A stretch of 64,000 nucleotides of DNA from NCBI RefSeq assembly GCF_011045215.1, contig NZ_CP049201.1; one strand, given 5' to 3'. The notes under the pieces were generated by a model. The model saw nothing but the letters and a program-made list of their open reading frames with translations. It was not told the origin of the DNA and ran no database searches. A program made the position numbers and the translations under genes. This DNA is from Escherichia coli. GTDB taxonomy: Bacteria > Pseudomonadota > Gammaproteobacteria > Enterobacterales > Enterobacteriaceae. Positions 40,006 through 52,779 of the stretch are shown one piece after another; the first letter of the stretch is position 1; every line of letters begins with the position of its first letter.

Positions 40006-40958
40006 GCTTGTGCCCTCGCTTCAGCCAGTACGGAGGCAAGCGTTCGCTTCGCCAACAGGAGTTTAAAGGTGTTTTCAGCGGTGGGATGGGCGCTGGCGAA
40101 CAGCGCGTCATATACGGCCTGCGCCCCCTGGGATAGCTGAGCATCCGCAGCCTCAATGCGCCAGGGCTTATGTGCTACTCCGCCCAGCGCGACGCGCCCG
40201 CTGCCGTCAGGCTGAATAATCGCCGCGACCGATACCAGGGCAAAGGCGTAGGAGGCGCGATCGCGCACCTTACGGTAGATATGTTTTCCGCCGAGCGGCG
40301 GAGGTAACGTCACCGCAATGATAAGCTCACCGGGAAGCAGGGCGGTTTCAATGTGCGGCGTTTTCCCCGGTGGGTGATAAAAATCAGCCAGTGTGATACT
40401 GCGAGTCTTTCCCTCCGGCGTGATGGTTTCCACCACCGCATCCAGCAACCGCATTGCGACCGCCATATCGCTCGGATGGGTGGCAATGCAGGCTTCGCTT
40501 ACGCCTACCACCGCGTGCTGACGGCTAAAGCCTTCAAGCGCCGCGCAGCCGCTCCCGGGCAGGCGCTTATTGCAGGGCTGATTGGTGTCGTAAAAATAGG
40601 GGCAGCGCGTGCGCTGGAGCAGATTACCTGCGGTGGTTGCCTGATTGCGTAACTGACCAGACGCGCCAGCGAGCAGGGCGCGGGAGAGTACCGCGTAATC
40701 ACGACGCACGCGCTCGTGAGCCGCCAGGTCGGTGTTCCGTACCAGTGCGCCGATGCGCAGCCCACCCGCGTCGGTCACTTCGATCTTATCGAGCCCGAGG
40801 CCGTTCACATCGATAAGGTGGGTGGGCGTTTCAATTTCCAGCTTCATCAGGTCCAGCAGATTGGTCCCGCCCGCGATAAATTTTGCGCCGGGTACGCGCT
40901 GAGCGCTAAGTGCCGCCTCGGCTGGGGTGTTCACTCGTTCATAGGTAAACGCCTTCAT
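40002..40958 (-). CDS. paoB: aldehyde oxidoreductase FAD-binding subunit PaoB
   Basis: 318 aa; overlapping-start operon with paoA and paoC. Confidence 0.9.
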   Translation of the reverse strand: MKAFTYERVNTPAEAALSAQRVPGAKFIAGGTNLLDLMKLEIETPTHLIDVNGLGLDKIEVTDAGGLRIGALVRNTDLAAHERVRRDYAVLSRALLAGASGQLRNQATTAGNLLQRTRCPYFYDTNQPCNKRLPGSGCAALEGFSRQHAVVGVSEACIATHPSDMAVAMRLLDAVVETITPEGKTRSITLADFYHPPGKTPHIETALLPGELIIAVTLPPPLGGKHIYRKVRDRASYAFALVSVAAIIQPDGSGRVALGGVAHKPWRIEAADAQLSQGAQAVYDALFASAHPTAENTFKLLLAKRTLASVLAEARAQA

Positions 40959-41644
40959 GATTTTATCTCCCCCGCAGCGTCTTCAATGGCGGCAAGGATG
41001 TTAGCGTATGCACCACAGCGACAGATGTTGCCGCTCATACGTTCACGGATCTCATCGGCAGTTGTTTCTGGAGGGGAAACCAAATCGACCGTGACGTGAC
41101 TGGGAATGCCGTCCTGAATCTCTTTTAGCACCGCTACTGATGAGCAAATTTGCCCGGAAGTGCAGTAGCCGCACTGGAAGCCATCATGCTTGATAAAGGC
41201 CGCCTGCATGGGGTGAAGATTATCTGGTGAACCCAGGCCTTCAATGGTGGTGATCTCGGCCCCCTGATGCATGACTGCCAGCGTCAGGCAGGCATTAAGC
41301 CTGCGACCATTGACCAGCACGGTACAGGCTCCGCACTGTCCGTGATCGCAACCTTTCTTGGTACCGATCAGATGCAGATTTTCACGCAAAGCGTCCAGTA
41401 GCGTGGTTCGGGTATCCACCTCAAGCTGCTCGGTTTTGCCGTTCACCTTAAGTGTCAGGGGCATTATCTCTGGCGCGGGTGTAGCTGCCGGAACGCTTGC
41501 CGCAAGCGTAGAATGAGGATAAACCACGGCGGTCGCCGCCGTTGCGGCGCTCACTTTAATCAGATCGCGACGGGTCAAACTAAAATCGTGCGGCTCGTGC
41601 TTCCCAACCCGATTATCTTCGGGGTATTCGCCTTGGTTGCTCAT
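40955..41644 (-). CDS. paoA: aldehyde oxidoreductase iron-sulfur subunit PaoA (Tat-exported)
   Basis: Twin-arginine signal ([19 protein letters not shown]) and 2Fe-2S cysteine motifs ([11 protein letters not shown]; CGYC...C). Confidence 0.9.
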   Translation of the reverse strand: MSNQGEYPEDNRVGKHEPHDFSLTRRDLIKVSAATAATAVVYPHSTLAASVPAATPAPEIMPLTLKVNGKTEQLEVDTRTTLLDALRENLHLIGTKKGCDHGQCGACTVLVNGRRLNACLTLAVMHQGAEITTIEGLGSPDNLHPMQAAFIKHDGFQCGYCTSGQICSSVAVLKEIQDGIPSHVTVDLVSPPETTADEIRERMSGNICRCGAYANILAAIEDAAGEIKS

Positions 41645-42060
41645 ACCAGGCCTCCGGTATTCTAAAGGGGAAAATAAGAGTGCGTTGTGAGAGTGCTGAT
41701 GCTTTTTTAAACGTTAAGCATAGTCGGCGACAGCAGGAGGATTATTCTTAAAACGCGAATGCAGCTATGAGCCCGGCTAATAAATTCATGTTCGCCGGGA
41801 TGTTGATGAGGATGGGAGCTGGTTTATTGCTTTAGTTGTACGATGCAAAACCGATAAGGAAACCTGTGATTGTCAGCTCTGCATCACCCTGCAAATCTTT
41901 GTCACTTCTAATATAAAAATATGGAGAAATGATGGTGCTTATATTCATTGGCGATTAGGCAACCATCATTTTATACAAAACAATACAGTTCTTTACATTT
42001 GCCTTGTTTTATGAATACTCCTAAAGAGGTGTATAACATAATGGTACAAGCAGGGTAGAT

Positions 42061-42675
42061 ATGAATATATTTGAACAAACTCCTCCGAACCGCAGACGTT
42101 ATGGTCTTGCTGCATTCATTGGGCTGATTGCTGGCGTTGTTTCCGCATTTGTGAAGTGGGGGGCTGAAGTTCCATTGCCGCCACGTAGCCCGGTGGATAT
42201 GTTTAATGCAGCGTGTGGCCCGGAATCATTAATCAGGGCTGCTGGGCAAATTGATTGCTCGCGTAATTTTCTCAATCCTCCGTATATTTTTCTTCGAGAC
42301 TGGCTGGGGCTGACAGATCCCAATGCGGCTGTTTATACCTTTGCCGGGCATGTCTTTAACTGGGTTGGTGTTACGCACATTATCTTTTCGATAGTGTTTG
42401 CTGTCGGTTATTGTGTGGTCGCTGAAGTATTTCCAAAAATTAAACTCTGGCAGGGCTTACTGGCAGGTGCTTTAGCCCAACTTTTTGTTCATATGATTTC
42501 ATTCCCTCTCATGGGACTGACACCACCTCTGTTTGATCTCCCGTGGTATGAGAATGTTTCTGAAATTTTTGGACATTTAGTCTGGTTCTGGTCCATTGAA
42601 ATTATTCGCAGAGATTTACGAAACAGAATTACTCATGAGCCAGACCCTGAGATCCCTTTAGGCTCAAACAGATAA
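42061..42675 (+). CDS. yagU: inner-membrane protein YagU (DUF1440)
   Basis: 204 aa, multiple TM segments; conserved position between pao and ykgJ. Confidence 0.8.
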
Positions 42676-42689
42676 TGCATTGAATGATA

Positions 42690-42718
42690 AAAATGGCGCA
42701 AATACAGCGCCATTTTTA
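42690..42718 (+). terminator. rho-independent terminator of yagU
   Basis: AAAATGGCGC-loop-GCGCCATTTTT hairpin with a T-run, 15 bp after the stop. Confidence 0.7.
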
Positions 42719-42863
42719 TAGGTTAAAAACATTGCTTTTTATATTCTGATGCAGATAGCCAGTGAGTATATCGTGCCACTTCAGGATGATGTAGATCCGA
42801 AGAACGCTACAGAAGAGAGGCATTGTTGCTGGCAAATACAAGAAGTATCGGGTTTTGTTGCCC

Positions 42864-42899
42864 CTAAAAACGAAGCCCCGCTATTACAGTAGGCGGGGC
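42864..42899 (-). terminator. rho-independent terminator of ykgJ
   Basis: GCCCCGC-(11 nt)-GCGGGGC hairpin followed on the minus strand by TTTTT. Confidence 0.6.
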
Positions 42900-42917
42900 A
42901 GTGCAATTAATTTATGT

Positions 42918-43247
42918 TTATAACGGTGTCAGCCCGTATTTAGCCCTTGCACGATTGCAAGCCTCATTGACGACTCCGTTCTCACCAGACATGGCGAATT
43001 CTCTGCATGTGGACGATCGATTTTTATATATCGTGCAGCAGGCATTTTTGCCCGGGGTTCCTGCAAGGGCAATACATCGGGGGTTTTTCTGATTGGTACC
43101 GCTCATGCATCGGTGAAAAGGGGATATTTGTTCAGTGAGCCTGGCGGGAATAGTGCCGCCAGCATCGTCGGCTTCGGCCCAGTAGAAAGAGACGCGGAAA
43201 AATGCACAACAGGCACCACACGTCATGCATGGATTCAGATTGCTCAT
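42918..43247 (-). CDS. ykgJ: YkgJ family cysteine-cluster protein
   Basis: 109 aa; CMTCGACC...C cluster; conserved position upstream of the ecp operon. Confidence 0.8.
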
Positions 43248-43559
43248 AATTCACCAGTACAGCTATAAATCGTAAAGAGAACAGCGGTACATCGTATGTA
43301 AGAACGTACCGCGGTTGGCTGGTGTACTTTCGATAGTGTGAGTATTGAATGATTTCCAGCCGTTACCGATTTTACGTACTAATTCGTGAATAAACCACTC
43401 GTTAGCAGGCAGCCTGATACCTTTCCGTGTCTCCTGAACACTATGGTGTGCATATGGGAAAGCCCATCGTTACAGGTGATATTGACGATCGCTTCCACAT
43501 CATTTAAACGATTTTTGAGTCTCTGAGGTGGAATTCTTCCCTCGACCGATGGATAAGTA

Positions 43560-44270
43560 TCAGTCCGCCGAAGGGGGCTTAGCCGGACAGGAATCGCTAA
43601 TCTTAATGAATTTGTCGTTATAGACCAAATAATGATTCCCCGGCTGACGTAACTCAGGCTGATGAACCACGTCTCCCGGACGTAGATACCAGGCATCGCC
43701 TTCCTCTTCGGTCGAATCACATCCTGGTTTAATCAATAGCTTAAACCACGTGTTGCCGATGTTACTTACCGTTCCTGTCACCTGGTCGAAGGACCATTTA
43801 AACTGGACCTGACGTGGTCGTACTACCAGAATGGTATCCATCACCACCACCGGCTCCGTGCTGACCTCGCCGCCGGTTGGGCTGCGTCTTGTCTGGTTAC
43901 GAGTGGGGACCTCGCGAAATGAGACCCGGTAGTAGCGCTCGCGGTTATCCTGTGGACCATGATAGTAAAATTTAAAATACTCGCTCTCACCAGCCTGCAA
44001 CGCCAGCTGGCGGGGGGCGAAAAGCAGTTCACCATCCACCGGTCGGGTGCGCAATTCACTGCTGCCCGGGCTATCAATAGCACTGATGGCAATACGGTAT
44101 ATCCGTGCGCTTTTGTTGTTATTCACTACACGTTTGCTGACAAAGTCAGTCTCGGACGGCAGTGAAAAAGTCAGATTGCCGACCGAAATCGCCTGTGTCA
44201 AAGGTGCCGCCAGCATACAGACCGCTGTCAGCAGGGCCTTAGTTAATGTTACGCCACGTCGCCTGAACAT
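43560..44270 (-). CDS. ecpE: E. coli common pilus chaperone EcpE
   Basis: Signal peptide starting [27 protein letters not shown]; last gene of the ecp operon; start taken at the internal Met of the track ORF. Confidence 0.8.
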   Translation of the reverse strand: MFRRRGVTLTKALLTAVCMLAAPLTQAISVGNLTFSLPSETDFVSKRVVNNNKSARIYRIAISAIDSPGSSELRTRPVDGELLFAPRQLALQAGESEYFKFYYHGPQDNRERYYRVSFREVPTRNQTRRSPTGGEVSTEPVVVMDTILVVRPRQVQFKWSFDQVTGTVSNIGNTWFKLLIKPGCDSTEEEGDAWYLRPGDVVHQPELRQPGNHYLVYNDKFIKISDSCPAKPPSAD

Positions 44271-45882
44271 GAATTTCTCCTGAAGCGCTGACTTCGCCAA
44301 ACCAGCCGTTATCATCTACCGTACGCAGCGAAATGGCGTTATCCATTGGAATCGAAAATTTGACTGTGGTCTTATCCATCTGCCCCACTTCGCCAGAGAT
44401 ATCAGTCCACGGTGTGGTCAGCCACAGCGCATCGGTCATATCCCGCCAGCTATCATCGCACCCGGCATCGTAGGTTTTTGTAGCTCCGTTGCGAGTAATA
44501 AAGGAAAGCGTCGCCGGGAACGGTACTTTCGCCTTACCGTCATCGGAGCTGAAGACACAATAGGAGCGCCCGCCAATCACCTGCGCGGGTCCGGTCACCT
44601 TGATCAGCACTTCGTCGGCAGCTGTTTTACCGCTGGTGGTTACGATATAGCCGAAATCGAGTGCCGACTCGCCGCTGCCGACATATCCCTCCCGCGACGG
44701 TGTCTGAGTATATTCATCGGAGATAATACTGATGCTGAAATCACGGGGTTTGATAAGCAGCGTGTTGGAGGTAGAAAATTCATACCAGCCAGACTCCGGT
44801 GATGTGGTGTTCTGAAAGCGAAAGTTGAATAGATCTTTGGTGTTGATATCGCTGATCCCGAGGTTCACCATCTGCTTAAAGAAGTTGCTCGAGAAGAAAA
44901 CATAGATCGAGTCTGCGCTCTTCATCTCGTTGAAGGTGTAGTAATAGGCAGTATTGCTCACCGGTTTCCATGAACTGCCATTCAGACTGAACTGCATATC
45001 GTACGCCCCGACGGCCGAGGCTAATGATGAGTTGGCGATCGCCGGGAATATATGGATTGAGATGTTGCTGAGTCCGTTTGTTTGCAGGGTGTAGTTGACC
45101 ATCTTACAACTTAATCCTGAAAGGCTGCCGATGGTTTGCGTCCGGCAGTCGGCGTTCCCTTCGCCCAGAGTCGGTACTCCGTCGCTGTTGATAAATACCT
45201 CCGCCAGCGAGTGGGTATTTATTAACCGCAGATTTGCTGCTTTCGTATGGGTGACATTGCGAACATACCAGTTTCCGGAGGCCTGATCCTTACAACGCGC
45301 GCCGCTGCTGGCGTCATAGTTCACAGAGGTCTGACAGGTATTGATGGTCATTGTAAAGCTGCTGCCGACGGGCATTTGTTGCATATACTGGTAAAACGCG
45401 TCTGACAACATGCCGTGCATCCATTTCGCGCCGCCGCTGGTCACCGTCGCGCCATAAAATCCACTGGCGTCGGTGGTTTGCGGCAGGATAAGACTGGTGG
45501 TCATATTACACCCTGCGTACCAGTTGATGCAGCGTAAGCCAGTTAAAGGAGATGAAACCGGCGAATTTTCCAGCCACATATCAAACTTCCAGTTGGTATA
45601 GAGGCCGGTGTTGTAACCGTTATCAATGTAGCCGAGGCTTTGTTGATAAATGGTTCCTGAGCCAGTGTATTTTAAACCGGTCCAGCGGTTGGCACCGGTC
45701 AGGCGCGGATCCAGCGCCCCGCCAGGCGTGACGAAAAAGTTGTCGTCTGAGTTGTTTTCGACAAACACAAACTCGCTTGCCGGTGCATCCGCCCAGGTTG
45801 TTTTGCTCACTGCCGCTCTGAGCGCAGTTACTGGCCAGATTAGCGCGAAAATTATCATCGTTATTAGTAGGTTAACTCTCAT
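44239..45882 (-). CDS. ecpD: E. coli common pilus tip adhesin EcpD
   Basis: 547 aa with signal peptide; operon position. Confidence 0.85.
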   Translation of the reverse strand: MRVNLLITMIIFALIWPVTALRAAVSKTTWADAPASEFVFVENNSDDNFFVTPGGALDPRLTGANRWTGLKYTGSGTIYQQSLGYIDNGYNTGLYTNWKFDMWLENSPVSSPLTGLRCINWYAGCNMTTSLILPQTTDASGFYGATVTSGGAKWMHGMLSDAFYQYMQQMPVGSSFTMTINTCQTSVNYDASSGARCKDQASGNWYVRNVTHTKAANLRLINTHSLAEVFINSDGVPTLGEGNADCRTQTIGSLSGLSCKMVNYTLQTNGLSNISIHIFPAIANSSLASAVGAYDMQFSLNGSSWKPVSNTAYYYTFNEMKSADSIYVFFSSNFFKQMVNLGISDINTKDLFNFRFQNTTSPESGWYEFSTSNTLLIKPRDFSISIISDEYTQTPSREGYVGSGESALDFGYIVTTSGKTAADEVLIKVTGPAQVIGGRSYCVFSSDDGKAKVPFPATLSFITRNGATKTYDAGCDDSWRDMTDALWLTTPWTDISGEVGQMDKTTVKFSIPMDNAISLRTVDDNGWFGEVSASGEIHVQATWRNIN

Positions 45883-48397
45883 TCTCTTCTCCTGTCTGCG
45901 TCACCGCCGCCCACGATGAGAGGCCGCTGCAGACCACATCACCGACCCAGACGGCACCGCGCGCCTGGTTGAGTTCCAGAGCCACTTCGCAGGTTTTATT
46001 GCCACTGTAGCGAAAATCGATAGTGGGGTATTTCTTATCCACGTCCATGACAAACTCGCCGTTTTCATCGGTTCGGGTTCGGCCGATATGGTTGTTAATC
46101 CGTGCGTTAGCCAGCAGTGTGCCGTCTTCCGCACGGATACGACCGGAGACGGTAACCATCTGCTTCACCTCTGGCTCAATGACAGCGACATTGCCTGGAT
46201 AGAGAGTCAGATGACTTTTGCGGCCGCTGACGATATCGTAACTGTCGAGTGAGTTTTTGCTGTTCTGTAACTCCACCTCATATCTTCCATAGGGAGAGAG
46301 CGGGAGATAGTTACGCTTGCCGTGAAGCGGGAAAATCCGCCCGTTGATTTTGGCGCTGATCTGACCGTCGTCCTCCAGCCCGGTGTTGAATATCACCCCA
46401 GCGTTGCCATCAGTCCGCCCGCTGGCAGCAATGTTTTTACCCTGCCAGCCGACGCTGCCATTGGCGGTTAAATTGGTATTGACGTAGCCGTCCGCCGCGC
46501 TATTGACGTTCAGCGTTCCGCTGGCGTAGCGAGCGTCGAACTGTGCATACGCCCCACCACTGAGAGTTTTGTCATCACCTGTATCGCCGGAGATGGCTCG
46601 TGACAGATTGGCACCAACAGTGCGAATGGTCCCTTCATCAAACTGCTTGCATGCTGACAGGTTTGCCATGGTGTAGCCGTTTTGATGAGTCATCCCTGCG
46701 CTAAACCAGTTGCCCAGTGGTAGCGAGAGATCGAGAGCGATATATTTCCCTGTATTGGCGTTGCTGTCGCCGTTGTTATAGCGCTGAATACCGGCCCGCA
46801 GGCCAAGCGAACCAAAGGGACCGCTGTAGACATTTTGATAGTAATCTGCCGTGTAATAATGGCTGTTGTAACGGCGGTCATCATTGTAGCTGATGCTGAA
46901 TGTGCCCAGCTTCGACCACAGTGAGTTCAGGTTGAGTGTGCCGCCGATTGCACGGTTGTCGGCATCGCTACGTCGCAATTGATTGCCAATGCGGGTTTTT
47001 TCCTGGTTAACCCACAGCGAACTAAAGCCTCCCGGTAGAGTGGCGCTGATGCTGGCGATGTTGCTCCATGAGCTGTCACTGGCCAGCATATTTTGCAGGT
47101 TAACGTTGATCGCTCCCCCAAGCGGCAGCGTCAGACGGGTTTCACCCACCGCCTGATTATCGTATCCATATCCCGTTGCCGCCCAGCTAAGCGTACTCAG
47201 TGAGCCGGAGGTCGAGGCACCTGCCAGCCAACTCTCTTTAGCTGGTCGCGTCTTTTTCCCGTTTTCCGACCAGCGATCCATATGAAAGCTACCGCCCCAT
47301 ATCTGCCACGCCAGTGGTGCACCGACGCCGCGCCCCCGGCTAAACAGCTTATTGACCCGCTGGGTGCGTTTGCTGATCACGCGACCGTTAACGATCACCT
47401 CAACTTCCACATCGTAAATACCGTACGGTAGACCCCGGGTATCCACTTCATGATTGCCCATAGTGAAGTTCTGAACGCTTAGTAGCCGCCCATCACGGGT
47501 GAGATGTACTTCACCCGCCGCCGGTAAAAAGGCGATCACTGGCGTGGCTGACTGGCTGCTGTCGAAGATGGTGGAGCTGGCCTGGTTTCCCCAGGAAAGG
47601 CCGTAAATCTTCCCTGCTGAAATGGCGGTCATCGGCCCTAAGGACTGCAAGTTCCAGGTGTCGAGCATTCCACCGGCAAATCGGTGACCGGCAAAATCGC
47701 GTTCATACATCGCTTTATATAATTCACTGTCCTGTTGACCGCTACCGATCCCGTACAGCGAGCCGTCGAGCACCACATGATGTTCGCGCAGTGCAGTAAC
47801 GTTATTCAGCGACAGATAGCTGGATGTGTTGCTCCCGCCGTTACGCAACTGGTTGTTATAGATGCCGAAGTTATAGCTCAGATTACTGCTGAGGGTGTTA
47901 ACACTGGACTGCCCGATGTCTTCGCTACGTGAGCGTAGTACAGTGCCCAGCGCTTCGCGCTTGACCACCAGCTGCAGCAGCAGTTGGCGCAAGCTGAGAT
48001 CCAGCTGCGCGTTGTCAGTCAGGGGGATGGTAAGGGCCTCATTGAACGGGGCGTTCGCCAGAGCCATCAGCTGCTGTCGAGTTTGTTCGCTGACACTGGC
48101 GTTATCTTCACTCTCTTCCAGCTGTATTTTCCGGATGCGTAGCTGTCCATCATCCAGCCAGATAAAAGCGCTGCCGATTCGCTGATCGTCCTGGCGACCC
48201 TGGCTACCGGCGAGATGAATATAAAGCGGGACGCTCATGCCGTCCTGGAGCGCCTGACTGAAGGCCTGCGGAATAATCACCCCACCTATTTGCTGCGCAC
48301 TTATGTCAGCAGCGCTGGCATCGGGCTGAACGAACAAAAAGACCATGCCGAAGGCAAACTGGGCTTTCAGTCCTGGGGAGAACAGTCGTAAAGGCAT
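45872..48397 (-). CDS. ecpC: E. coli common pilus usher EcpC
   Basis: 841-aa outer-membrane usher-sized protein; operon position. Confidence 0.85.
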   Translation of the reverse strand: MPLRLFSPGLKAQFAFGMVFLFVQPDASAADISAQQIGGVIIPQAFSQALQDGMSVPLYIHLAGSQGRQDDQRIGSAFIWLDDGQLRIRKIQLEESEDNASVSEQTRQQLMALANAPFNEALTIPLTDNAQLDLSLRQLLLQLVVKREALGTVLRSRSEDIGQSSVNTLSSNLSYNFGIYNNQLRNGGSNTSSYLSLNNVTALREHHVVLDGSLYGIGSGQQDSELYKAMYERDFAGHRFAGGMLDTWNLQSLGPMTAISAGKIYGLSWGNQASSTIFDSSQSATPVIAFLPAAGEVHLTRDGRLLSVQNFTMGNHEVDTRGLPYGIYDVEVEVIVNGRVISKRTQRVNKLFSRGRGVGAPLAWQIWGGSFHMDRWSENGKKTRPAKESWLAGASTSGSLSTLSWAATGYGYDNQAVGETRLTLPLGGAINVNLQNMLASDSSWSNIASISATLPGGFSSLWVNQEKTRIGNQLRRSDADNRAIGGTLNLNSLWSKLGTFSISYNDDRRYNSHYYTADYYQNVYSGPFGSLGLRAGIQRYNNGDSNANTGKYIALDLSLPLGNWFSAGMTHQNGYTMANLSACKQFDEGTIRTVGANLSRAISGDTGDDKTLSGGAYAQFDARYASGTLNVNSAADGYVNTNLTANGSVGWQGKNIAASGRTDGNAGVIFNTGLEDDGQISAKINGRIFPLHGKRNYLPLSPYGRYEVELQNSKNSLDSYDIVSGRKSHLTLYPGNVAVIEPEVKQMVTVSGRIRAEDGTLLANARINNHIGRTRTDENGEFVMDVDKKYPTIDFRYSGNKTCEVALELNQARGAVWVGDVVCSGLSSWAAVTQTGEENES

Positions 48398-48422
48398 TGT
48401 CGTTATCCATCTGCACAGCTAT

Positions 48423-49091
48423 CTATTTCACGGGAATGAACTTATCACCCTGCCAAAGTGCAACCCGTCCTTTGTTATCCGCAGTGTCCACGCGGGTAAA
48501 ACGACGCGACTTGCCCGGCATCAGGTAGTAATTCTCTTTACACTCCTTACCGTTGGCGGCTTTCAGGCAAGGGCCGTAGGCGAGGATCCGCAGCGTCGCA
48601 TTTCCTGTATTTGTCAGGGAGCCGTTGGCGTACTGAAAGTGGTAGTTCGCCTGGCGAGGGGCGACGACCAGAATGGTGCCGATGCGGGCGGAAGCAGTGG
48701 CCACAGCGCTGCGGTTGGCATTATCGCGCTGCGCATCACTGAGGGCCTGATCAAACCAGACAATGCGGTAGTAGCGCTCTTTTTCATCTGCGGGTCCCTT
48801 ATAGAAGAAGCGGATCACTTCGCTGGCTTGGGCGGGTAGCAGCAAGCTGGCGGGAGTGAGTAGCAACTCATCCGGCTTGTCCATTGAGATAACCTGCCCG
48901 TCGTCAAGCGGTGAAGAGAGCCGTTCGAGACGGATATTGATAAGGCGACCACTGTCGGTACTGTTTTTGATCGTTTTGCTCAGCGTGCTGCTGTCACTGT
49001 TCATAAACGATGATATATCGCCGACATCCAGCGCCTGGGCCGGAGATATTCCGGAAAACAGCAGAGCGAGAGGCAGAAGGTGCTTTTTCAT
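48423..49091 (-). CDS. ecpB: E. coli common pilus chaperone EcpB
   Basis: 222 aa with signal peptide; operon position. Confidence 0.85.
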   Translation of the reverse strand: MKKHLLPLALLFSGISPAQALDVGDISSFMNSDSSTLSKTIKNSTDSGRLINIRLERLSSPLDDGQVISMDKPDELLLTPASLLLPAQASEVIRFFYKGPADEKERYYRIVWFDQALSDAQRDNANRSAVATASARIGTILVVAPRQANYHFQYANGSLTNTGNATLRILAYGPCLKAANGKECKENYYLMPGKSRRFTRVDTADNKGRVALWQGDKFIPVK

Positions 49092-49148
49092 AACAATTCC
49101 GTCCAGGAATAAAGCAGGGGGGCTACCCCTGCTGGTACATCAGAGAGA

Positions 49149-49736
49149 TTAACTGGTCCAGGTCGCGTCGAACTGTACGCTAACGTCGCCGCTCCAGATG
49201 CCTTCCGGTAGAGTGCTGTAGTCGGTTACTGCGGTGGTACCATTGGTGGTGCCGCTGATGATGGTGAAGGTGAAACCATCCTGTGCAGTGGTACGATTGC
49301 TGGCATTGTAACCGTTAGCCAGCGGGCTAAGGTTGCCGCCCAGTACGCCGTTGGCGGTATCGATCATCACGGTATCGCCAGTTTTTTCGACTGCCGCGCC
49401 GTTATAATCCACGCCCACATTCAGTGTGGAACCTGAGGTATCCAACTGGGTTAATGTGTTGGTGATAAGACGTGAGGTCAGTTTAAAGGCGGTAGCCGTT
49501 GAGTCACCTTCGATAGCCACGTCAAATAGACCTTTCTGTGAGTTAAAACCTTTAATGCCTTCGGCATACTGGAACGCCAGGCTACCGAGTGGCGTCACAA
49601 CCAGCTTACTGGTGGTGTCTTTTTTGGCTGTTGCCGACCAGGTCGCTACAGCCTGAGCTGTTACGTCAGCAGCCTGCGCCACACCCATGCCGGTAAACAC
49701 CGTTACCAGAGCTATTGCCAGAACCTTTTTTTTCAT
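49149..49736 (-). CDS. ecpA: E. coli common pilus major pilin EcpA (MatB)
   Basis: 195 aa, signal peptide [22 protein letters not shown], Thr/Ser-rich pilin. Confidence 0.9.
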   Translation of the reverse strand: MKKKVLAIALVTVFTGMGVAQAADVTAQAVATWSATAKKDTTSKLVVTPLGSLAFQYAEGIKGFNSQKGLFDVAIEGDSTATAFKLTSRLITNTLTQLDTSGSTLNVGVDYNGAAVEKTGDTVMIDTANGVLGGNLSPLANGYNASNRTTAQDGFTFTIISGTTNGTTAVTDYSTLPEGIWSGDVSVQFDATWTS

Positions 49737-49810
49737 TGCATTTCTTCCCGAGTTGAATTGAGGACGTGATGTCCCAGTGAGTCATTTTTTAAAACTAACT
49801 TGCCTGGAGT

Positions 49811-50422
<612 letters not shown>

Positions 50423-51176
50423 TTACAGGTGCATTCAGTTTCCTTAGTAAACCGGAAGTAAATAAGATACGTAGTACATATCAATAAAGGTTAAACGAGA
50501 TTAAGTTTAATTATTTTCGATTGGGCTTAAATTTATGTTTTTTTCCCGATGAGTGTCAATATGTGAACGAAAAAGGAATTCAATGGTTAAGTCAATATTT
50601 AGAAAAAACTGAAAATATTGCTTTTTTGATAAGAAGAAAAAGACATTTAGTTTCATAAGGTTATTGGCAATATAACGTTCATTTCTTACTTGCATTTTAT
50701 ATTGGTCAGGAACTTTGCCCTGAAGTGTTAGGAATAGTCTTAATGCGCTGTGTGATGGACTAGTAAAAAAACAAGTTTTAACGGTAAGGGATAGAATATA
50801 AAACTATGATGAGCTGTCATTGAAGATGATTTGCCAATCAGTAAGATATTTTAATGGATTAACATGCCGCACAAAATGGTTACAGGTGTTCATTCCAATA
50901 AGTGATGGAAAATTGAATGGGCGTATGTACGTCATCTGTTCGGTAAGCCCCCAAGAGCCAGATTAAGTGAAGTTAAACGAAGGCTGCCAGCTGTCACAGG
51001 AACGATGGCCTCTTTGTCAGGGCACTGAGTGCAGTTATCTGTGCGCCTTACTCTAACTGGCACTCGAACGTCGGCGACGGGGGTACCGGTGGATCAGACT
51101 GTTCCTGTGGCGTAAACGTTTTTATGTTAGTACCAACAGATTTACCACATTTATCATCTTAACAGTTTGAGTGAAA

Positions 51177-51404
51177 ATGCAGGCTGCGCCGCAAAGGGAG
51201 GAGACTGAGTGGCGTGTTCAGTCTAAAAGAGAGTTGATGCCAGCATACAGGGGCGAAGCTGGTCAACAAGTCAACATTAAGATAATGGAATATTCGGAGA
51301 GAAACGTCAGGCAGTTGGCCTCAAATGAACAGGAAGAATATATCCGCAGGAAAATTAATGTTGGTGTTATAAACACACCAACATTAAACCGATCTGATTA
51401 TTAA
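51177..51404 (+). CDS. hypothetical small protein (ykgL-position ORF)
   Basis: ORF between ecpR and ykgO; first ATG at 51177 (track ORF begins with GTG 51171); no motif recognised. Confidence 0.3.
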   Translation: MQAAPQREETEWRVQSKRELMPAYRGEAGQQVNIKIMEYSERNVRQLASNEQEEYIRRKINVGVINTPTLNRSDY

Positions 51405-51438
51405 TCAGACAAATATCGTTAATTCGTCGAATTTTAAA

Positions 51439-51579
51439 TCAACGTTTTTTCTTACGACCCTGAACGGCCTTAAAACGTGGATTAGATTTACAAATCACAT
51501 ATAGCCGTCCTTTTCGCTTCACAATCTGACAGTCTGGATGGCGTTCTTTTGCGGTACGAAGAGAGTTAAGAACTTTCAT
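51439..51579 (-). CDS. ykgO: ribosomal protein L36 paralogue (zinc-independent type), YkgO/RpmJ2
   Basis: 46 aa [46 protein letters not shown]; ATG overlaps the ykgM stop (ATGA); below the ORF-track size cut-off. Confidence 0.85.
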   Translation of the reverse strand: MKVLNSLRTAKERHPDCQIVKRKGRLYVICKSNPRFKAVQGRKKKR

Positions 51580-51842
51580 CACGCCCCCTTTTTCGTGCTA
51601 ACAAAACGACCAAAACGTTGGGTGAATCGTGCAACATTTCCTTCTGATGCCACTGTTCTCAGCTTCCCTGTATAGAACGGGTGCGATTTAGAAGAGACAT
51701 CAATTGTCACGTATGGATACGTTACGCCATCCAGCTCAATCTCACGGTCTGTTTTGATAGTCGAGCCGATTTTAAAGTACTCATCAACACTGGTGTCGTG
51801 GAACACCACAGTACGATACTCAGGATGGATATTGGGTTTCAT
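51579..51842 (-). CDS. ykgM: ribosomal protein L31 paralogue type B, YkgM/RpmE2
   Basis: [59 protein letters not shown]...; start taken at the ATG for MKPNIH. Confidence 0.85.
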
Positions 51843-51853
51843 CATTTTCACCT

Positions 51854-51871
51854 GTTATGTTATAACATAAC
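51854..51871. promoter_or_regulatory. Zur box upstream of ykgM-ykgO
   Basis: Perfect 18-bp palindrome GTTATGTTATAACATAAC, 12 bp upstream of ykgM; matches the Zur operator form and the known Zur control of this operon. Confidence 0.7.
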
Positions 51872-52159
51872 CGTAAAGATACATGCTCATCCGGATCATT
51901 TCAACACCCAATCCCTGTGACCCTTTGTGGATGTGGAATTTCCGCAACGGGGAACTCTGGCATTGTTAGCAGCCGTTGGCGACGCTCCCATAAACGCCTG
52001 GATGAGTGATTGATGATGGTTTTGCTGAGAGTATGGATTTTTCGAGAATGGAGGTTATCTCCACTTTACTGGCCGATGATTTATCGCAGTATGATTGATT
52101 ACCTGACAGCGTGTATTCCTCTCCCACGGATATAATAATTACTTACAAAAAGGGAGAGG

Positions 52160-52225
52160 ATGCATATTTTAAATATCACTGAAGTGAACAGTTTATTGCC
52201 GTTATTAATAGAAATGGAGAAATAA
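52160..52225 (+). CDS. putative 21-codon small ORF (MHILNITEVNSLLPLLIEMEK), copy B
   Basis: GGGAGAGG-ATG; the peptide is conserved with copy A despite nucleotide substitutions. Confidence 0.3.
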   Translation: MHILNITEVNSLLPLLIEMEK

Positions 52226-52779
52226 ATAGGCGTATTCTACAATTGCGACAAAAACAACGATATTAATCAGTTTATGACTGATTTGTTGTACTTTATTCTC
52301 TTTCATTGGTACTTCCTCGCTTTAAAAAAGAGCGCACTTCGTAAGTGCCCTTATATAAATAACGAGTTTGGTCAACCAATTTTTTGACATGTATCACAAA
52401 TTTGAATAGATGTATTACATCGGCTATCTTTTATTGCACCAACGTCATTGATATATGTCGCCTGAAGTCAGTTCCGGGAATGAGTCTGATCTCAAGACTG
52501 GCCCAGTCCTGGCGTTGATTGGCGCTGAGGAGCATATCGCATCTCATTATAATGTCGTATCTCCTGGGGTGTTATACAAGATATCGTTGTTGGTAACCTG
52601 GGCGAGGAATTGAGCTCTATTAAACCGTCAACTATGCCGGATACATACTGGATTACACTGAAGGCACGCCTTATGAGAGAACGTGCCGCAGTGACGGGTT
52701 AATTATCTGAAAGAATTTGTGAGGCTGTATCGGTTACTCATTGATTTGATAGTTTTACTCTCGGGAGAGTAATAGATAT

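Noticed and set aside
45901-48185. Several 60-100-aa ORFs on both strands within ecpC
   Set aside because: They are embedded in an intact 841-aa usher gene; no independent start signals.
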